Shown here: positions 11,101 to 23,500 of the stretch, piece by piece
Layout of the letters: every line of letters begins with the position of its first letter
How positions within the stretch are numbered: position 1 is the stretch's first letter
Assembly: GCA_965285935.1 (NCBI GenBank)
Contig: OZ260663.1
Span: 97,092,001 to 97,156,000 of the forward strand
Length of the DNA: 64,000 nt
Reading direction: 5' to 3'
Source: Ophelia neglecta
Taxonomy: Eukaryota
Notes under the pieces: model-generated
What the model was told of the DNA's origin: nothing
Databases searched by the model: none
What the model saw: only the letters and a program-made list of their open reading frames with translations
Position numbers and translations under genes: made by a program

Positions 11101-13196
11101 AATTTCCGAAATGAACGTGGTATTATCGCTACCCAGATGCCTCTGTCAAATACAGTCGATGATTTCTGGAGATTGGTCTACCAGCACAGACGTACTACTA
11201 TCGTCATGCTCAATCCGCTTGATAAAAATGTCAAGGTAGAATCAAAGTGTTCCTGCTTGTTTTCAAGTCTTCGACCTTCCCTAAAAAATTTAGATTTTAA
11301 TTTACAAGGTCATAAATGAAACACTTCAGAATTGCACGGCATATTGGCCAGATGACAAAGACCTGAAACAAAGACACGCAGATATGGAAGTCAAGTTCGT
11401 ATCCTCGGATCTTTGTGGACCTATTCGGACACGAGTTTTCCAAGTTGGCAAAATGGAAAAGGTACAAATACTTGGAATAATCAATTTCCTAAAAAAAAAT
11501 GTTGGTTTATATTCCTAGTTAAATGTCAGTGTTCGATACGCCCAACCGCAGCTTAATTTTCTTCTTCTCCCCAGAGAAATGAAGAAATACTGACTGTCAA
11601 ACAATTCCAGTTTTTGGATTGGCCAACTGGCGACGAGATTCCTAACGGCGGTTCTCTACTCGATCTTATTGCAAACGTATCCGCCTCGGAGAAAGATGAA
11701 TGTTCAATTCTTGTTCATTGCATGTACGTATTATTGCATATAAACTGGTGGTGAACAAGGTTTTATTCATATCGTAGTCAACAGACATGGTCACCTATCT
11801 TGTGTGCTTTTCATTATTTTAGGACCAACATTCATACAGGTTGAGAAAATAGCGGAAGTTAGTTAGTTCCACGTGGTGTTCCATTAAAATGTGTTAGTAC
11901 TATCTAGCTAAATTGTTTTAGCCGAATAGTTTTAACTGGCTTAAATACAGGCGGGCTAACAGGCTCAATTAAGCTAGACAATTAAAATTGAGCATACTGT
12001 AGTAATTCAAAACTTGGTTCTGGCAAGGTCAATAGGAGAACACGAAACTAATGCACAGGCTTTTTGCGAATGGGTGTCAAACATTTTCTTAAAGCACAAT
12101 CTAGCACTGGTGGGGGAGAATGGGGAATTGTTTGGAGAGAGAATGCATCGTTTTTATTAACAATCAAAATAACTACCAATTCAGATTTTTCGGCATACTG
12201 AATTAATTTTCTTCTCATTTGTGCAGGACGTTATAACTTTCTCTGGTACTTCTTATTGTTACAATGTTGAGGTCAATATAATTCTTATTTCTTTGGTCAT
12301 GTACAAACTTGGCGCGCGCCAACTTAATTTAATTTCCATTAAGCCTGTGACCATGTCATTCGTCTATGTGAGAGTTGAGCCCGTGTCGAGAGTCTTTTTC
12401 TTTATTACTAATAAGTTTGAATGACATATTTGCTATTGAGTAAGCGGTATTTATATTTAACAAGCGCGTAGTTACAATGAAGTGGCAGGTATGGGGTAGG
12501 TGCGGTTTTGCCTTGTTTTGCCTTGTTTGAATAAGTAAAGCGATCTGTCAGTTTCCTGACAAGTATGTCCAATACTTTCGGTGCCAATTCACGATATTTA
12601 CCCAATCAGAGTTCAAAGCAGCTCCTCGTTGCTTGTGAATACTAATGAAGGAAAAATGATTTTAAATGTGTTTTGTTGTATTGAAAATCAGGTCTTGGTA
12701 CATGTACGAGCACTAGGGAGATAATTCATCAAAGATGTATTAAATGCTACGTAGTATAGCTGATACATTATTCATCTCTCTATACACCAACGTGTATATT
12801 ACCTACAAGAACTTCGTAATGATGTTTCAGGGATGGTGCTTCACGGTCGGGATTATTTTGTGCTTCGTGCTACATGTTAGATAAGTTGAAGTCAGACAAG
12901 GAAGTGGATGTCTTCCAGGCTGTCAGATGTGTCTCCAGAGGGCGCCCTCAGTTTATTAACTCAATGGTAGGTATATGTGTAATGCACCTGCAGCCAGTTG
13001 GTGCAACTATTTTAGCCAATGTGTATTAGTTATTGTTGATTTTCACTTTTGGAAAATTATTATTGGTAGCACGGAACACAATGTTTAAATCAAATTTTGT
13101 TTAGTTTCCATTTATGTTTATTAGAAACAGTATCGATTTCTACTCGACGTGGCCAAGGAATATATATCATCACATGACGCCTTCGACAATAATTGA
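2164..13196 (+). CDS. RPTP-A: receptor-type tyrosine phosphatase, SP-EGF-F-type lectin-EGF-EGF-FN3-mucin stalk-TM-PTP D1-PTP D2 (25 exons; frameshift in exon 6)
   Basis: Manual GT-AG exons: 2164-2230 (signal peptide MAALIHLSVFMVTILTMGRSIS), 4197-4352, 4501-4710, 4866-5087, 5185-5274, 5382-5524, 5628-5984, 6216-7203, 7317-7396, 7568-7797, 7915-8002, 8270-8346, 8593-8632, 8795-8892, 9006-9134, 9253-9398, 9539-9674, 9844-9990, 10096-10192, 10843-10916, 11101-11235, 11330-11461, 11575-11723, 12831-12966, 13125-13196 (TGA). D1 motifs: RNRF, DYINANYI, FWTMIWQ, WPD, HCSAGIGRTG, IQT..QY. D2 motif: HCMDGASRSG. Exon phases are compatible except exon 6 (143 nt). Confidence 0.9.
4197..4352 (+). CDS. RPTP-A exon 2: Cys-rich EGF/laminin-EGF-like module
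   Basis: GTCRYGLQVTCAFQCRCTMGNCHSDTGECPSGGNCTLWNPGAIPWNGLGCRI; phase 1-1; homologous to 62241-62384. Confidence 0.8.
   Translation, partial: VPADTDSKLHVHSNVGVPWVIVTPTQASVHLGEIAHCGILELYHGMGWGVE
4501..5087 (+). CDS. RPTP-A exons 3-4: F-type lectin (fucolectin/FTP) domain
   Basis: NVAFNKPSRQS...AVDG...CSH...WWMVDLG...YNILVGNS...C...GNKVVL...CELVVIG matches the FTP fold pattern. Confidence 0.88.
5628..5984 (+). CDS. RPTP-A exon 7: fibronectin type III domain
   Basis: VTTQSVTWRW...GFQIVYRE...VSQLHPDTEYEFDLQAY is an FN3 signature. Confidence 0.85.
6221..6960 (+). repeat. Coding 87-bp tandem repeat (~8.5 copies) encoding a 29-aa Pro/Thr/Gln mucin-like stalk
   Basis: Unit ~TTPVLPTTQPQPVSSTQPTNVQTNQTDPT; in frame with the TM segment (LPIGLVAGVTVGILLLLLILGGIIFFFV) in exon 6216-7203. 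Confidence 0.92.
8051..8220. mobile_element. Tc1/mariner-like MITE in RPTP-A intron 11 (second copy ~28473-28642)
   Basis: TA|CAG... start and GGTGGTCTTAATTCACAGGTTTCACTG end, with internal AGACCAC(C) repeats complementary to GGTGGTCT; the left TIR is degenerate. Confidence 0.55.
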
Positions 13197-14024
13197 ACTG
13201 GAACAATCCTGGTTTATTCCAAAGATTCTTGACTACATGTGCATCCTGTAAGAAAATGTAATAAGTTAAACATTTGCTTGTAACATAGAAAAGTGTTTAA
13301 AATAACACAAGATGATCTTAGGAGTGTAGTTTAACATGCGATACAGACGAAAGATTGTCCACATTCTATTATCTGCACTTATTCCAATTTCTATAGTACC
13401 CAAGTAAGGAATGTTTATACAAATATATATATTGAGAGTTTATGCAAAATGTTTTCCAGTCAACTAAGCTTTGAGTGAGGTTTGTCAGGACTGTAATTAT
13501 ACAAATCGAGAATGTTATTTGTGTTTGTATTGATATTACAACATGTTATGACGTAAGACGAATTGGTGTTTCTATGTCGACGTCTACTTTTATATACTTA
13601 ATACTGTTATAACTTATATATATTATATTTACTCAATCCGAAACGAACGCCATGGTGGACTCAGTATTTGCATGTGGTGGTAATTCAACACAATTTGTTG
13701 ATATATTAAACAAGTTTAATTTACATGATTACTCAGATATCAGACACCTCAGAATGCAGCGCTCTATGACAATAAAAAAGTAATTATTTGCAGGAGTAAA
13801 ATGGATTTCGTTATAAGTGTGAATCTGTCGGTCAGGTCGATGTGTGTTGTAAATGACAACTATTTGAAATGATTATTACAAATACTGACACATTCACCAT
13901 GAGCATTATATAATTATGACCTTTATAAAATCCATGCTTTTGTCAGTATGCTGAGCTTCAGATAAGCTGATTTGTAAACAGATATGATACATGAAATGCG
14001 TATATGTTTTAATTTCGACGTCCA

Positions 14025-14105
14025 GGGGCGGGTCACTAATATATTAGTAGCTCTCCACTGTCACGTGACGTTCTTTAGCCGGTCGCCACGGTCCCGTGAC
14101 GTCAC
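14025..14105. promoter_or_regulatory. Promoter-like motif cluster: GC box, palindromic E-box, CRE (copy at 34533-34613)
   Basis: GGGGCGGG 14025-14032, GTCACGTGAC 14060-14069 and GTGACGTCAC 14096-14105 in a locally CpG-rich patch; function unverified. Confidence 0.3.
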
Positions 14106-15339
14106 AAGGCGTCTGTTTTCATTAGCCATTCATGTTACTACAGACCGAATACATATAGAGACAGGGAATACTACTTAAATACACTTGATAGTCAATAGGC
14201 AGGGCTCGGGCGTTTATTATGTCGGGCTGATAATCATCATTAGTACAAAAGTCCCGACAAATCTTGTTAATGGCACATTCACCTCTGTCGTACTATGATT
14301 TACATCATTTTTATAGGCATTTTAATGAATATAAGGTTTACTATGATTCGATGTCATCCACCAACGATGCCGGAAAGTCAGCTACATTATCATAACATGA
14401 TATTTATTTGTGTTGAAAGCTACTATTGACGGACAATATGCTTAAAAACTACTTTCGATCGACAATGTTGAATCATTGATATCATTCATGATATTCATAT
14501 TTAGCGAATCACCTGAGACAGCACCTGGGAGATTACGTGTGAAATGACACCTGGTGTTACATATGCCATACCACCTCGGCTGACACCTCAAGCCATGGGG
14601 CGTCTGAAATGTCTCATTAAATACACAGAGCACACATAACATGCCATTGATAAATTAAACCGTATTTAAAATGTCCTATATATCATTAAGATCTCCCTGG
14701 GTTATACAACACAAGCAAGAAGCACGAAATCTCCTGGCCTGATTGCTGCTGTGGCCTCGAGATCATCTCTATATGCAAGTCATGCAAGGTAGAAGCTGAA
14801 GAAGGTAGGCACCCCAGCATTTTTAAGCTTCTCACTGATAAATTCGAATATTTAGCACAATTCACTCAAAAACCTACAAAAAACGTTAAAACAAACAAAA
14901 TATGACATATAGAATACATGCCACGGGATATATCAAACTTTAAAGAGTAAAACCGCTTGTTTTACATATATAAGCCATAGGTTATAAGAGAGCGCCCAAA
15001 TACAAACGATTTAAACAAATGATCAAATTACGCTTAACAAACGAGTATAATCTAATATCAAACTGCTCTGAGTTGTATAAGTTGTCGAAAACAAATATTT
15101 GCGAGGACATAAATATCATCGAGCTTGTGACTTCCGGGTCGCGTGTTGGATGTGCCGCGCTTATTTGCAAACGGATGACTGACAATCTGTTAACTACAAT
15201 AGTGTATGAATAGCGTCACGGCAGAAGAATACCCGGATGACTTAACGGCAGACACTCGGAGTACCAATGTATCTTTCAAAAAGAAGGGGCATGTGGTCAG
15301 TAGTTGTACAGTAAGACATTATGTATCCTGGGCAATCAG

Positions 15340-15582
15340 GGTCCGGTTTCTAGATACGGTATTAACTCTAAGCTTGAATTAAAGTCAGGTTGGACGTGCT
15401 TGATCGATTTTAACTTACTAAATAGGTGTTTCTATAAACTAGATTTGGCCTTAAACCTACCCATTTTGACCTGAATCTTAATCCTGCTCATTAGAAACAC
15501 CGATTAACTCGGTCTCAGTTAATTTAATCGGTAATAAGCTAATCTTATCTCTAAATTTAAATCTGCTTCTTGTATCCGGGCC
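15340..15582. mobile_element. PIF/Harbinger-like MITE (copy at 35848-36090)
   Basis: Imperfect TIRs GGTCCGGTTTCTAGA / TCTTGTATCCGGGCC; flanks CAG / CAT as an approximate 3-bp TSD. Confidence 0.45.
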
Positions 15583-15847
15583 CATGCGTAATTTGTAAAC
15601 GAAGGAAATATCAGAAACAGGTCGTGAATTTATCGCACAAATATCGCAAGATCAAGGCGACATTCTCGCGATAATGAGCCGATATCACCACGGTTTCCGG
15701 CAAGCGGGACTGTACATCATCTTTTCCAGATTGTTTATCAGTTATGTTATCCAAGTTTATTTAGGCTTGTTTATCGTTATTTTTAATTAAAAGATAATTG
15801 ATATGCGTGCGTATATGCCTCATTGAGATCTATTTGATTTTTTTTAG

Positions 15848-16241
15848 GACCAGTATAGGTTTGTGCACACTGCCATGTTGGAGGCTTATACAATTGGCGT
15901 CACAGCAATATCTCTTAGTGAGATACAACATAGACTAACTGAACTGACCACCCCGGACGAAACAGGATCGGCTAAAATACATAATCAGTTCAATGTAAAA
16001 TAATATTTCTAAATCACACGTTTAATTTAATTTTTTTTTCTTCCCTGTAAGATTTGAACGCATTGTTAGTTTAGCAGTTTTGTTTATATAGTTCTAAACG
16101 TATTTATTATTATTCGAAAGTATATGTTTTGTATGTTCGAACAGATGTTACAAGTATTAAAACCAGGAAGACGTGTCGAAGGCACTGAAGGAAGAAACGA
16201 AATTAATGTGGATAAAAACAGGAGTAATGCTATTATTCCTG
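15848..16241 (+). pseudogene. First two exons of the orphan PTP D1-tail/D2 cassette, truncated by the tandem array
   Basis: Exons 15848-15994 (DQYRFVHTAMLEA...) and 16145-16241 (...KNRSNAIIP); the sequence switches to the array at 16304-16306. Confidence 0.85.
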
Positions 16242-18367
16242 GTAAATTCGCTTTTTGCTCGTTTTCATATCTTTCGTTGACGATTATCGACTGCCAGAGA
16301 AATGCAAAAAGAAGCTGCCCTTCCGGTTTGTAAAAAATATTTTGCTGTCGCAGGTGCTCTTTTGCTGCACTTTACTCCTTGAAAAATTTTGTTTTAGGCA
16401 AAAGAGGCTGGTCTTTTGCTGTGTTTTGCTCCCGTCCAAATTTTAAGGCAAAAAGAAGCTGCTCTCCCGGATGTAAAAAATATTTTGCTGTTGCTGATGC
16501 CCTTTGCTAATTTTTTGCTCCTGTCCAAAACTTTTTGGGCAAAAAGAGACTGCTCTCCCGGTTTGTAAAAAATATTTTGCTATTGCAGGTGCTCTTTTGC
16601 TGTACTTTACTCCTTGTAAAAAAATTTTTAGGCAAAAGAAGCTGCTCTTTTGCTATATTTTACTCCCATCCACAAATTTTAAGGCAAAAAGAAGCTACTC
16701 TCCTGGTTTGTAAAAAATATTTTGCTGTTGCAGGTGCCCTTTTGCTATACTGTACTCCTGTCAAAATTTTTTTGGGCAAAACGGGGCGCTCTACTAAATT
16801 ACGTCTATTTGGCACTTGTCCTGGCTGGTCTCCCGGTTTGTGGGGGATTTTTTGTTGTTGCAGGTGCTTTTTTGCTACATCTTACTCCTGTCCACATAAA
16901 TTTCAGGCAAAAAGAAGCACGCCCCTAAACTGTAGCCTATAAAGCACTTGTCCAAGCCGCTCTCCCGAAAAATTTTCCGCTGTTGCAAATGCTCTCTTGC
17001 TATATGTTACTCCTTGAAAAAATTTTCTAGCCAAAAGGGACTGCTCTCTTACTGCAGAAAAATTTGCTGGGGTTGCGGTTACCCCTTCACTGCATTTGAC
17101 TCGCTACGTACACTTTAGATGCAGAACTTCTCCTTATCTATGTCCTTTTAGGCGTTTGCTGCAACTGCTCTCCGATTGTACCAACCACATTTCTGCTGCT
17201 TCAACGGTTCCCAAAAAATATTTACACTACACAGCCTCTAATACAACAACCATCAAAGCCTCAGCTATACTCTGCTTAAACTACTGTACCACCTTCCAAA
17301 GCCATACTATTAAATAATACAATAACTTAGCGCAAACCTAAATTATTCATAATTGTTAGTCAGGTAATTATGCGAATTTTCCTCATACGAGAAGCGCGTC
17401 ACGGCACACAAGAGACTCTTGTACAGAAACGCGCTTAGGGTAGTGGTGCCGTCTGATGAGATCACTACTTTACAATAATTCGTCTTCGATTTAGGCAACA
17501 ACGTCAAAATTTTTTCCAAATACCCGTCTTGTATGAGCAAATGAAGCATAATGTGCACACCTAAACCAGCTAGCATCTAAATATTCAATCAATTAAAAAC
17601 AAAACCAACAGCCCCAATTATAGGATACACTGGACTGTTGCTTGATGTACGGGCCATGTACAGGTTACATCAATAAATTTTGAATCGCAGTCTTTCGTAA
17701 ACGCGCTTTTAATCACACCATTTTGCAATATTAAAGTGAGTTCTCACTTTAGCATTGCCCTCCCTAATAGCCCATAAATAGGTTTTTTTCACCCACTCTG
17801 AACTGGTTTTTCTCAGCTTGGTTGTTATCAAGGCTTTTCAACTTTGTTGGAAGCACTTTTCTCAGGCTAACACCTTTGAATTGTCGAATGCCCGCAGATT
17901 CTGTCCAAGGTAGCAGCGTAGGAAGAGATCCTGTAGTTAAGAAATACGATATGATATGACTACCCGCTAGACGATAGCAGCATTCGACGAACATACCACC
18001 TGATCAAAGAACCGGCTTCTCCGTTTATAAGTTTGTTTTAGTTTTGTTTCTGGTTTTTAAAAATACGTTTCAATGGTGTGGAGCCGTGTAATTTAGAAGC
18101 TTCCAAAATTTATTCACACGCGACTAATCGCATAATTCATCTGTACGTGCTTCTGCATTGATGCAGCTGTTCATCCTCCTACAACTATAGTCCAAATTCC
18201 ATTAATCTTCACCTATATAAACTGTTATCTGCCCAATTAAATTACTACAAAATATCCCACCAAAAGGCTTTAACCCCTCCCTAACCCAACCCATGCCACA
18301 GGCTATGATAGAATAAAACATAACCTATGGAAATCCTCCTCTCTAATGCAAAAGTGCAAACTATTCC

Positions 18368-18776
18368 AAAAAATCTTCAATTCAATACAAATAGCTATAA
18401 CCATGTCTAACCCCCCCCCCCAAACCCCCATCCATACCACAGGCTGTGATGGTCTCAAAAAATCTTCAATTCAATACAAGTATCTATAACCATGTCTAAC
18501 CCCCCCCCAAACCCCCATCCATACCACAGGCTGTGATGGTCTCAAAAAATCTTCAATTCAATACAAATGTCTATAACCATGTCTAACCCCCCCCCCCAAA
18601 CCCCCATCCATACCACAGGCTGTGATGGGCTCAAAAAATTTTCAATTCAATACAAATAGCTATAACCATGTCTAACCCCCCCACCCCCAAACCCCCATCC
18701 ATACCACAGGCTGTAATGGTCTCAAAAAATTTTCAATTCAATACAAACAGCTATAACCATACCTAACCCCCCCCCT
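18368..18776. repeat. ~89-bp sub-repeat (~4.6 copies) with TAACCCCCCCCC-AAACCCCC tracts; recurs at ~21852-22260 and ~25340-25750
   Basis: Unit AAAAAATCTTCAATTCAATACAAATAGCTATAACCATGTCTAAC(C)nAAACCCCCATCCATACCACAGGCTGTGATGGTCTC; starts at 18368, 18457, 18544, 18633, 18724. Confidence 0.95.
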
Positions 18777-19234
18777 TGCATCTACTACAAGCTAAAAGAT
18801 CCTGCCAGCTGCCTGCACGGCATAGCAAACAGTTGTTTGCCCTCACTACCTGCGTTGCTAGGCACGCCGCGTCGATTTACAAACTGCGAACTGAAAAATA
18901 TTTGTTTATAAATAATTCCTACCAGATGCCTGCACTGCACATTACGTAGCGCGCGTGCCTTCACTACCAGCGTTACTAGGCACGCCATCTTGATTTACAA
19001 ACTGTCAGCCGAAGACCGCTGCTCATATTGATATACCCAAACCAGCCGAGACCGTGCCTAAGAAGATCTGACGTTTTACCACCAGGACTTACACAAGAGC
19101 ACCTTCGCTGTGGCAATTTTTCACCCTTCCTGTGTTGCGATTGTTCATTTACTGCTACGGGCGCTGTTCGCCGCGTACAACTCATTACCTACGCTATTCA
19201 GGTTAGAGAAACATTCTCCTAAATCGTGTCCTGT

Positions 19235-20570
19235 TAGGCACTTGTCCCAGCTGCTTTCCCGGACCCCCAAAAAAATTTTCTTTGATGTTGTATGTGGACT
19301 TCTGCTAAGTTTTACTCCTTGTCCACCAATTTTTAGGCAAAAAAGAAGCACTCTCCTAAATTATGCCCTTTAAAGCACTCGTCCCAGCTGCTCTCCCGGT
19401 TTGAAAAATTTTTTTGCTGCTGCTGCTGCTGATGCTCTTTTGCTATTCTTTACTCCTGTCCAAAAAATTTTAGGCAAAAAGAAGCTGCTCTCCCGGTTTG
19501 TGGAAAACATTTTGCTGTCGCAGGTGGTCTTTTGCCATCTTTTACTCCTGTCAAAATAATTTTGGGAGAAAACGAAGCACTCTCCTGGCGTGATAGTATT
19601 TTTTGCTCCTGTCCGGAGCTTTTTGGGTTTGTAAAAAATATTTTGCTGCTGCTGGTGCTCTTTTGCTGTTTTTTGCTCCTGTCCAAGACTTTTGGGCTAA
19701 AAGAGGCTGCTCTCCCGGTTTGTGAGGGACTTTTTGCTGTTGCGGGTACTCTGTTGCTGTCCTTTGCTCCTGTCCAAAAATTTTTAGGCAAAAAGAAGCT
19801 GCCCTTCCGGTTTGTAAAAAATATTTTGCTGTCGCAGGTGCTCTTTTGCTGCACTTTACTCCTTGAAAAATTTTGTTTTAGGCAGAAGAGGCTGGTCTTT
19901 TGCTGTGTTTTGCTCCCGTCCAAATTTTAAGGCAAAAAGAAGCTGCTCTCCCGGATGTAAAAAATATTTTGCTGTTGCTGATGCCCTTTGCTAATTTTTT
20001 GCTCCTGTCCAAAACTTTTTGGGCAAAAAGAGACTGCTCTCCCGGTTTGTAAAAAATATTTTGCTATTGCAGGTGCTCTTTTGCTGTACTTTACTCCTTG
20101 TAAAAAATTTTTTAGGCAAAAGAAGCTGCTCTTTTGCTATATTTTACTCCCATCCACAAATTTTAAGGCAAAAAGAAGCTACTCTCCTGGTTTGTAAAAA
20201 ATATTTTGCTGTTGCAGGTGCCCTTTTGCTATACTGTACTCCTGTCAAAATTTTTTTGGGCAAAACGGGGCGCTCTACTAAATTACGTCTATTTGGCACT
20301 TGTCCTGGCTGGTCTCCCGGTTTGTGGGGGATTTTTTGCTGTTGCAGGTGCTTTTTTGCTACATCTTACTCCTGTCCACATAAATTTCAGGCAAAAAGAA
20401 GCACGCCCCTAAACTGTAGCCTATAAAGCACTTGTCCAAGCCGCTCTCCCGAAAAATTTTCCGCTGTTGCAAATGCTCTCTTGCTATATGTTACTCCTTG
20501 AAAAAATTTTCTAGCCAAAAGGGACTGCTCTCTTACTGCAGAAAAATTTGCTGGGGTTGCGGTTACCCCT
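19235..20570. repeat. Degenerate ~92-bp sub-repeat block (with ~52-bp half units) present in every array unit
   Basis: Consensus ~GGCAAAAAGAAGCTGCTCTCCCGGTTTGTAAAAAATATTTTGCTGTTGCAGGTGCTCTTTTGCTGTACTTTACTCCTGTCCAAAAATTTTTA; spacing 91-93 bp. Block boundaries approximate. Confidence 0.9.
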
Positions 20571-23500
20571 TCACTGCATTTGACTCGCTCTGTACACTTT
20601 AGATGCAGAACTTCTCCTTATCTATGTCCTTTTAGGCGTTTGCTGCAACTGCTCTCCGATTGTACCAACCACATTTCTGCTGCTTCAACGGTTCCCAAAA
20701 AATATTTACACTACACAGCCTCTAATACAACAACCATCAAAGCCTCAGCTATACTCTGCTTAAACTACTGTACCACCTTCCAAAGCCATACTATTAAATA
20801 ATACAATAACTTAGCGCAAACCTAAATTATTCATAATTGTTAGTCAGGTAATTATGCGAATTTTCCTCATACGAGAAGCGCGTCACGGCACACAAGAGAC
20901 TCTTGTACAGAAACGCGCTTAGGGTAGTGGTGCCGTCTGATGAGATCACTACTTTACAATAATTCGTCTTCGATTTAGGCAACAACGTCAAAATTTTTTC
21001 CAAATACCCGTCTTGTATGAGCAAATGAAGCATAATGTGCACACCTAAACCAGCTAGCATCTAAATATTCAATCAATTAAAAACAAAACCAACAGCCCCA
21101 ATTATAGGATACACTGGACTGTTGCTTGATGTACGGGCCATGTACAGGTTACATCAATAAATTTTGAATCGCAGTCTTTCGTAAACGCGCTTTTAATCAC
21201 ACCATTTTGCAATATTAAAGTGAGTTCTCACTTTAGCATTGCCCTCCCTAATAGCCCATAAATAGGTTTTTTTCACCCACTCTGAACTGGTTTTTCTCAG
21301 CTTGGTTGTTATCAAGGCTTTTCAACTTTGTTGGAAGCACTTTTCTCAGGCTAACACCTTTGAATTGTCGAATGCCCGCAGATTCTGTCCAAGGTAGCAG
21401 CGTAGGAAGAGATCCTGTAGTTAAGAAATACGATATGATATGACTACCCGCTAGACGATAGCAGCATTCGACGAACATACCACCTGATCAAAGAACCGGC
21501 TTCTCCGTTTATAAGTTTGTTTTAGTTTTGTTTCTGGTTTTTAAAAATACGTTTCAATGGTGTGGAGCCGTGTAATTTAGAAGCTTCCAAAATTTATTCA
21601 CACGCGACTAATCGCATAATTCATCTGTACGTGCTTCTGCATTGATGCAGCTGTTCATCCTCCTACAACTATAGTCCAAATTCCATTAATCTTCACCTAT
21701 ATAAACTGTTATCTGCCCAATTAAATTACTACAAAATATCCCACCAAAAGGCTTTAACCCCTCCCTAACCCAACCCATGCCACAGGCTATGATAGAATAA
21801 AACATAACCTATGGAAATCCTCCTCTCTAATGCAAAAGTGCAAACTATTCCAAAAAATCTTCAATTCAATACAAATAGCTATAACCATGTCTAACCCCCC
21901 CCCCCCAAACCCCCATCCATACCACAGGCTGTGATGGTCTCAAAAAATCTTCAATTCAATACAAGTATCTATAACCATGTCTAACCCCCCCCCAAACCCC
22001 CATCCATACCACAGGCTGTGATGGTCTCAAAAAATCTTCAATTCAATACAAATATCTATAACCATGTCTAACCCCCCCCCCCAAACCCCCATCCATACCA
22101 CAGGCTGTGATGGGCTCAAAAAATTTTCAATTCAATACAAATAGCTATAACCATGTCTAACCCCCCCACCCCCAAACCCCCATCCATACCACAGGCTGTA
22201 ATGGTCTCAAAAAATTTTCAATTCAATACAAACAGCTATAACCATACCTAACCCCCCCCCTTGCATCTACTACAAGCTAAAAGATCCTGCCAGCTGCCTG
22301 CACGGCATAGCAAACAGTTGTTTGCCCTCACTACCTGCGTTGCTAGGCACGCCGCGTCGATTTACAAACTGCGAACTGAAAAATATTTGTTTATAAATAA
22401 TTCCTACCAGATGCCTGCACTGCACATTACGTAGCGCGCGTGCCTTCACTACCAGCGTTACTAGGCACGCCATCTTGATTTACAAACTGTCAGCCGAAGA
22501 CCGCTGCTCATATTGATATACCCAAACCAGCCGAGACCGTGCCTAAGAAGATCTGACGTTTTACCACCAGGACTTACACAAGAGCACCTTCGCTGTGGCA
22601 ATTTTTCACCCTTCCTGTGTTGCGATTGTTCATTTACTGCTACGGGTGCTGTTCGCCGCGTACAACTCATTACCTACGCTATTCAGGTTAGAGAAACATT
22701 CTCCTAAATCGTGTCCTGTTAGGCACTTGTCCCAGCTGCTTTCCCGGACCCCCAAAAAAATTTTCTTTGATGTTGTATGTGGACTTCTGCTAAGTTTTAC
22801 TCCTTGTCCACCAATTTTTAGGCAAAAAAGAAGCACTCTCCTAAATTATGTCCTTTAAAGCACTCGTCCCAGCTGCTCTCCCGGTTTGAAAAATTTTTTT
22901 GCTGCTGCTGCTGCTGCTGATGCTCTTTTGCTATTCTTTACTCCTGTCCAAAAAATTTTAGGCAAAAAGAAGCTGCTCTCCCGGTTTGTGGAAAACATTT
23001 TGCTGTCGCAGGTGGTCTTTTGCCATCTTTTACTCCTGTCAAAATAATTTTGGGAGAAAACGAAGCACTCTCCTGGCGTGATAGTATTTTTTGCTCCTGT
23101 CCGGAGCTTTTTGGGTTTGTAAAAAATATTTTGCTGCTGCTGGTGCTCTTTTGCTGTTTTTTGCTCCTGTCCAAGACTTTTGGGCTAAAAGAGGCTGCTC
23201 TCCCGGTTTGTGAGGGACTTTTTGCTGTTGCGGGTACTCTGTTGCTGTCCTTTGCTCCTGTCCAAAAATTTTTAGGCAAAAAGAAGCTGCCCTTCCGGTT
23301 TGTAAAAAATATTTTGCTGTCGCAGGTGCTCTTTTGCTGCACTTTACTCCTTGAAAAATTTTGTTTTAGGCAAAAGAGGCTGGTCTTTTGCTGTGTTTTG
23401 CTCCCGTCCAAATTTTAAGGCAAAAAGAAGCTGCTCTCCCGGATGTAAAAAATATTTTGCTGTTGCTGATGCCCTTTGCTAATTTTTTGCTCCTGTCCAA

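Larger units (their letters stand above)
7977..16306 (+). repeat. Segmental duplication copy 1 (8.3 kb; partner 28407-36813)
   Basis: Constant offset of 20508/20507 from ~9330 onward; the ORF translations of both copies are identical in that region. Confidence 0.97.

Noticed and set aside
2164-13196. Assigning a vertebrate symbol (PTPRA/PTPRK/PTPRT etc.)
   Set aside because: The ectodomain architecture differs and orthology cannot be shown without a phylogeny.
17764-17994. GSLPTLLPW resembling the THAP-domain AVPTIF box
   Set aside because: No upstream C2CH zinc ligands in any of the three frames checked, and multiple stops.
18368-18776. CRISPR-like appearance of the 89-bp repeats (and the 40-bp repeats at 57303-57617)
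   Set aside because: Head-to-tail repeats without unique spacers, no cas genes, eukaryotic context.
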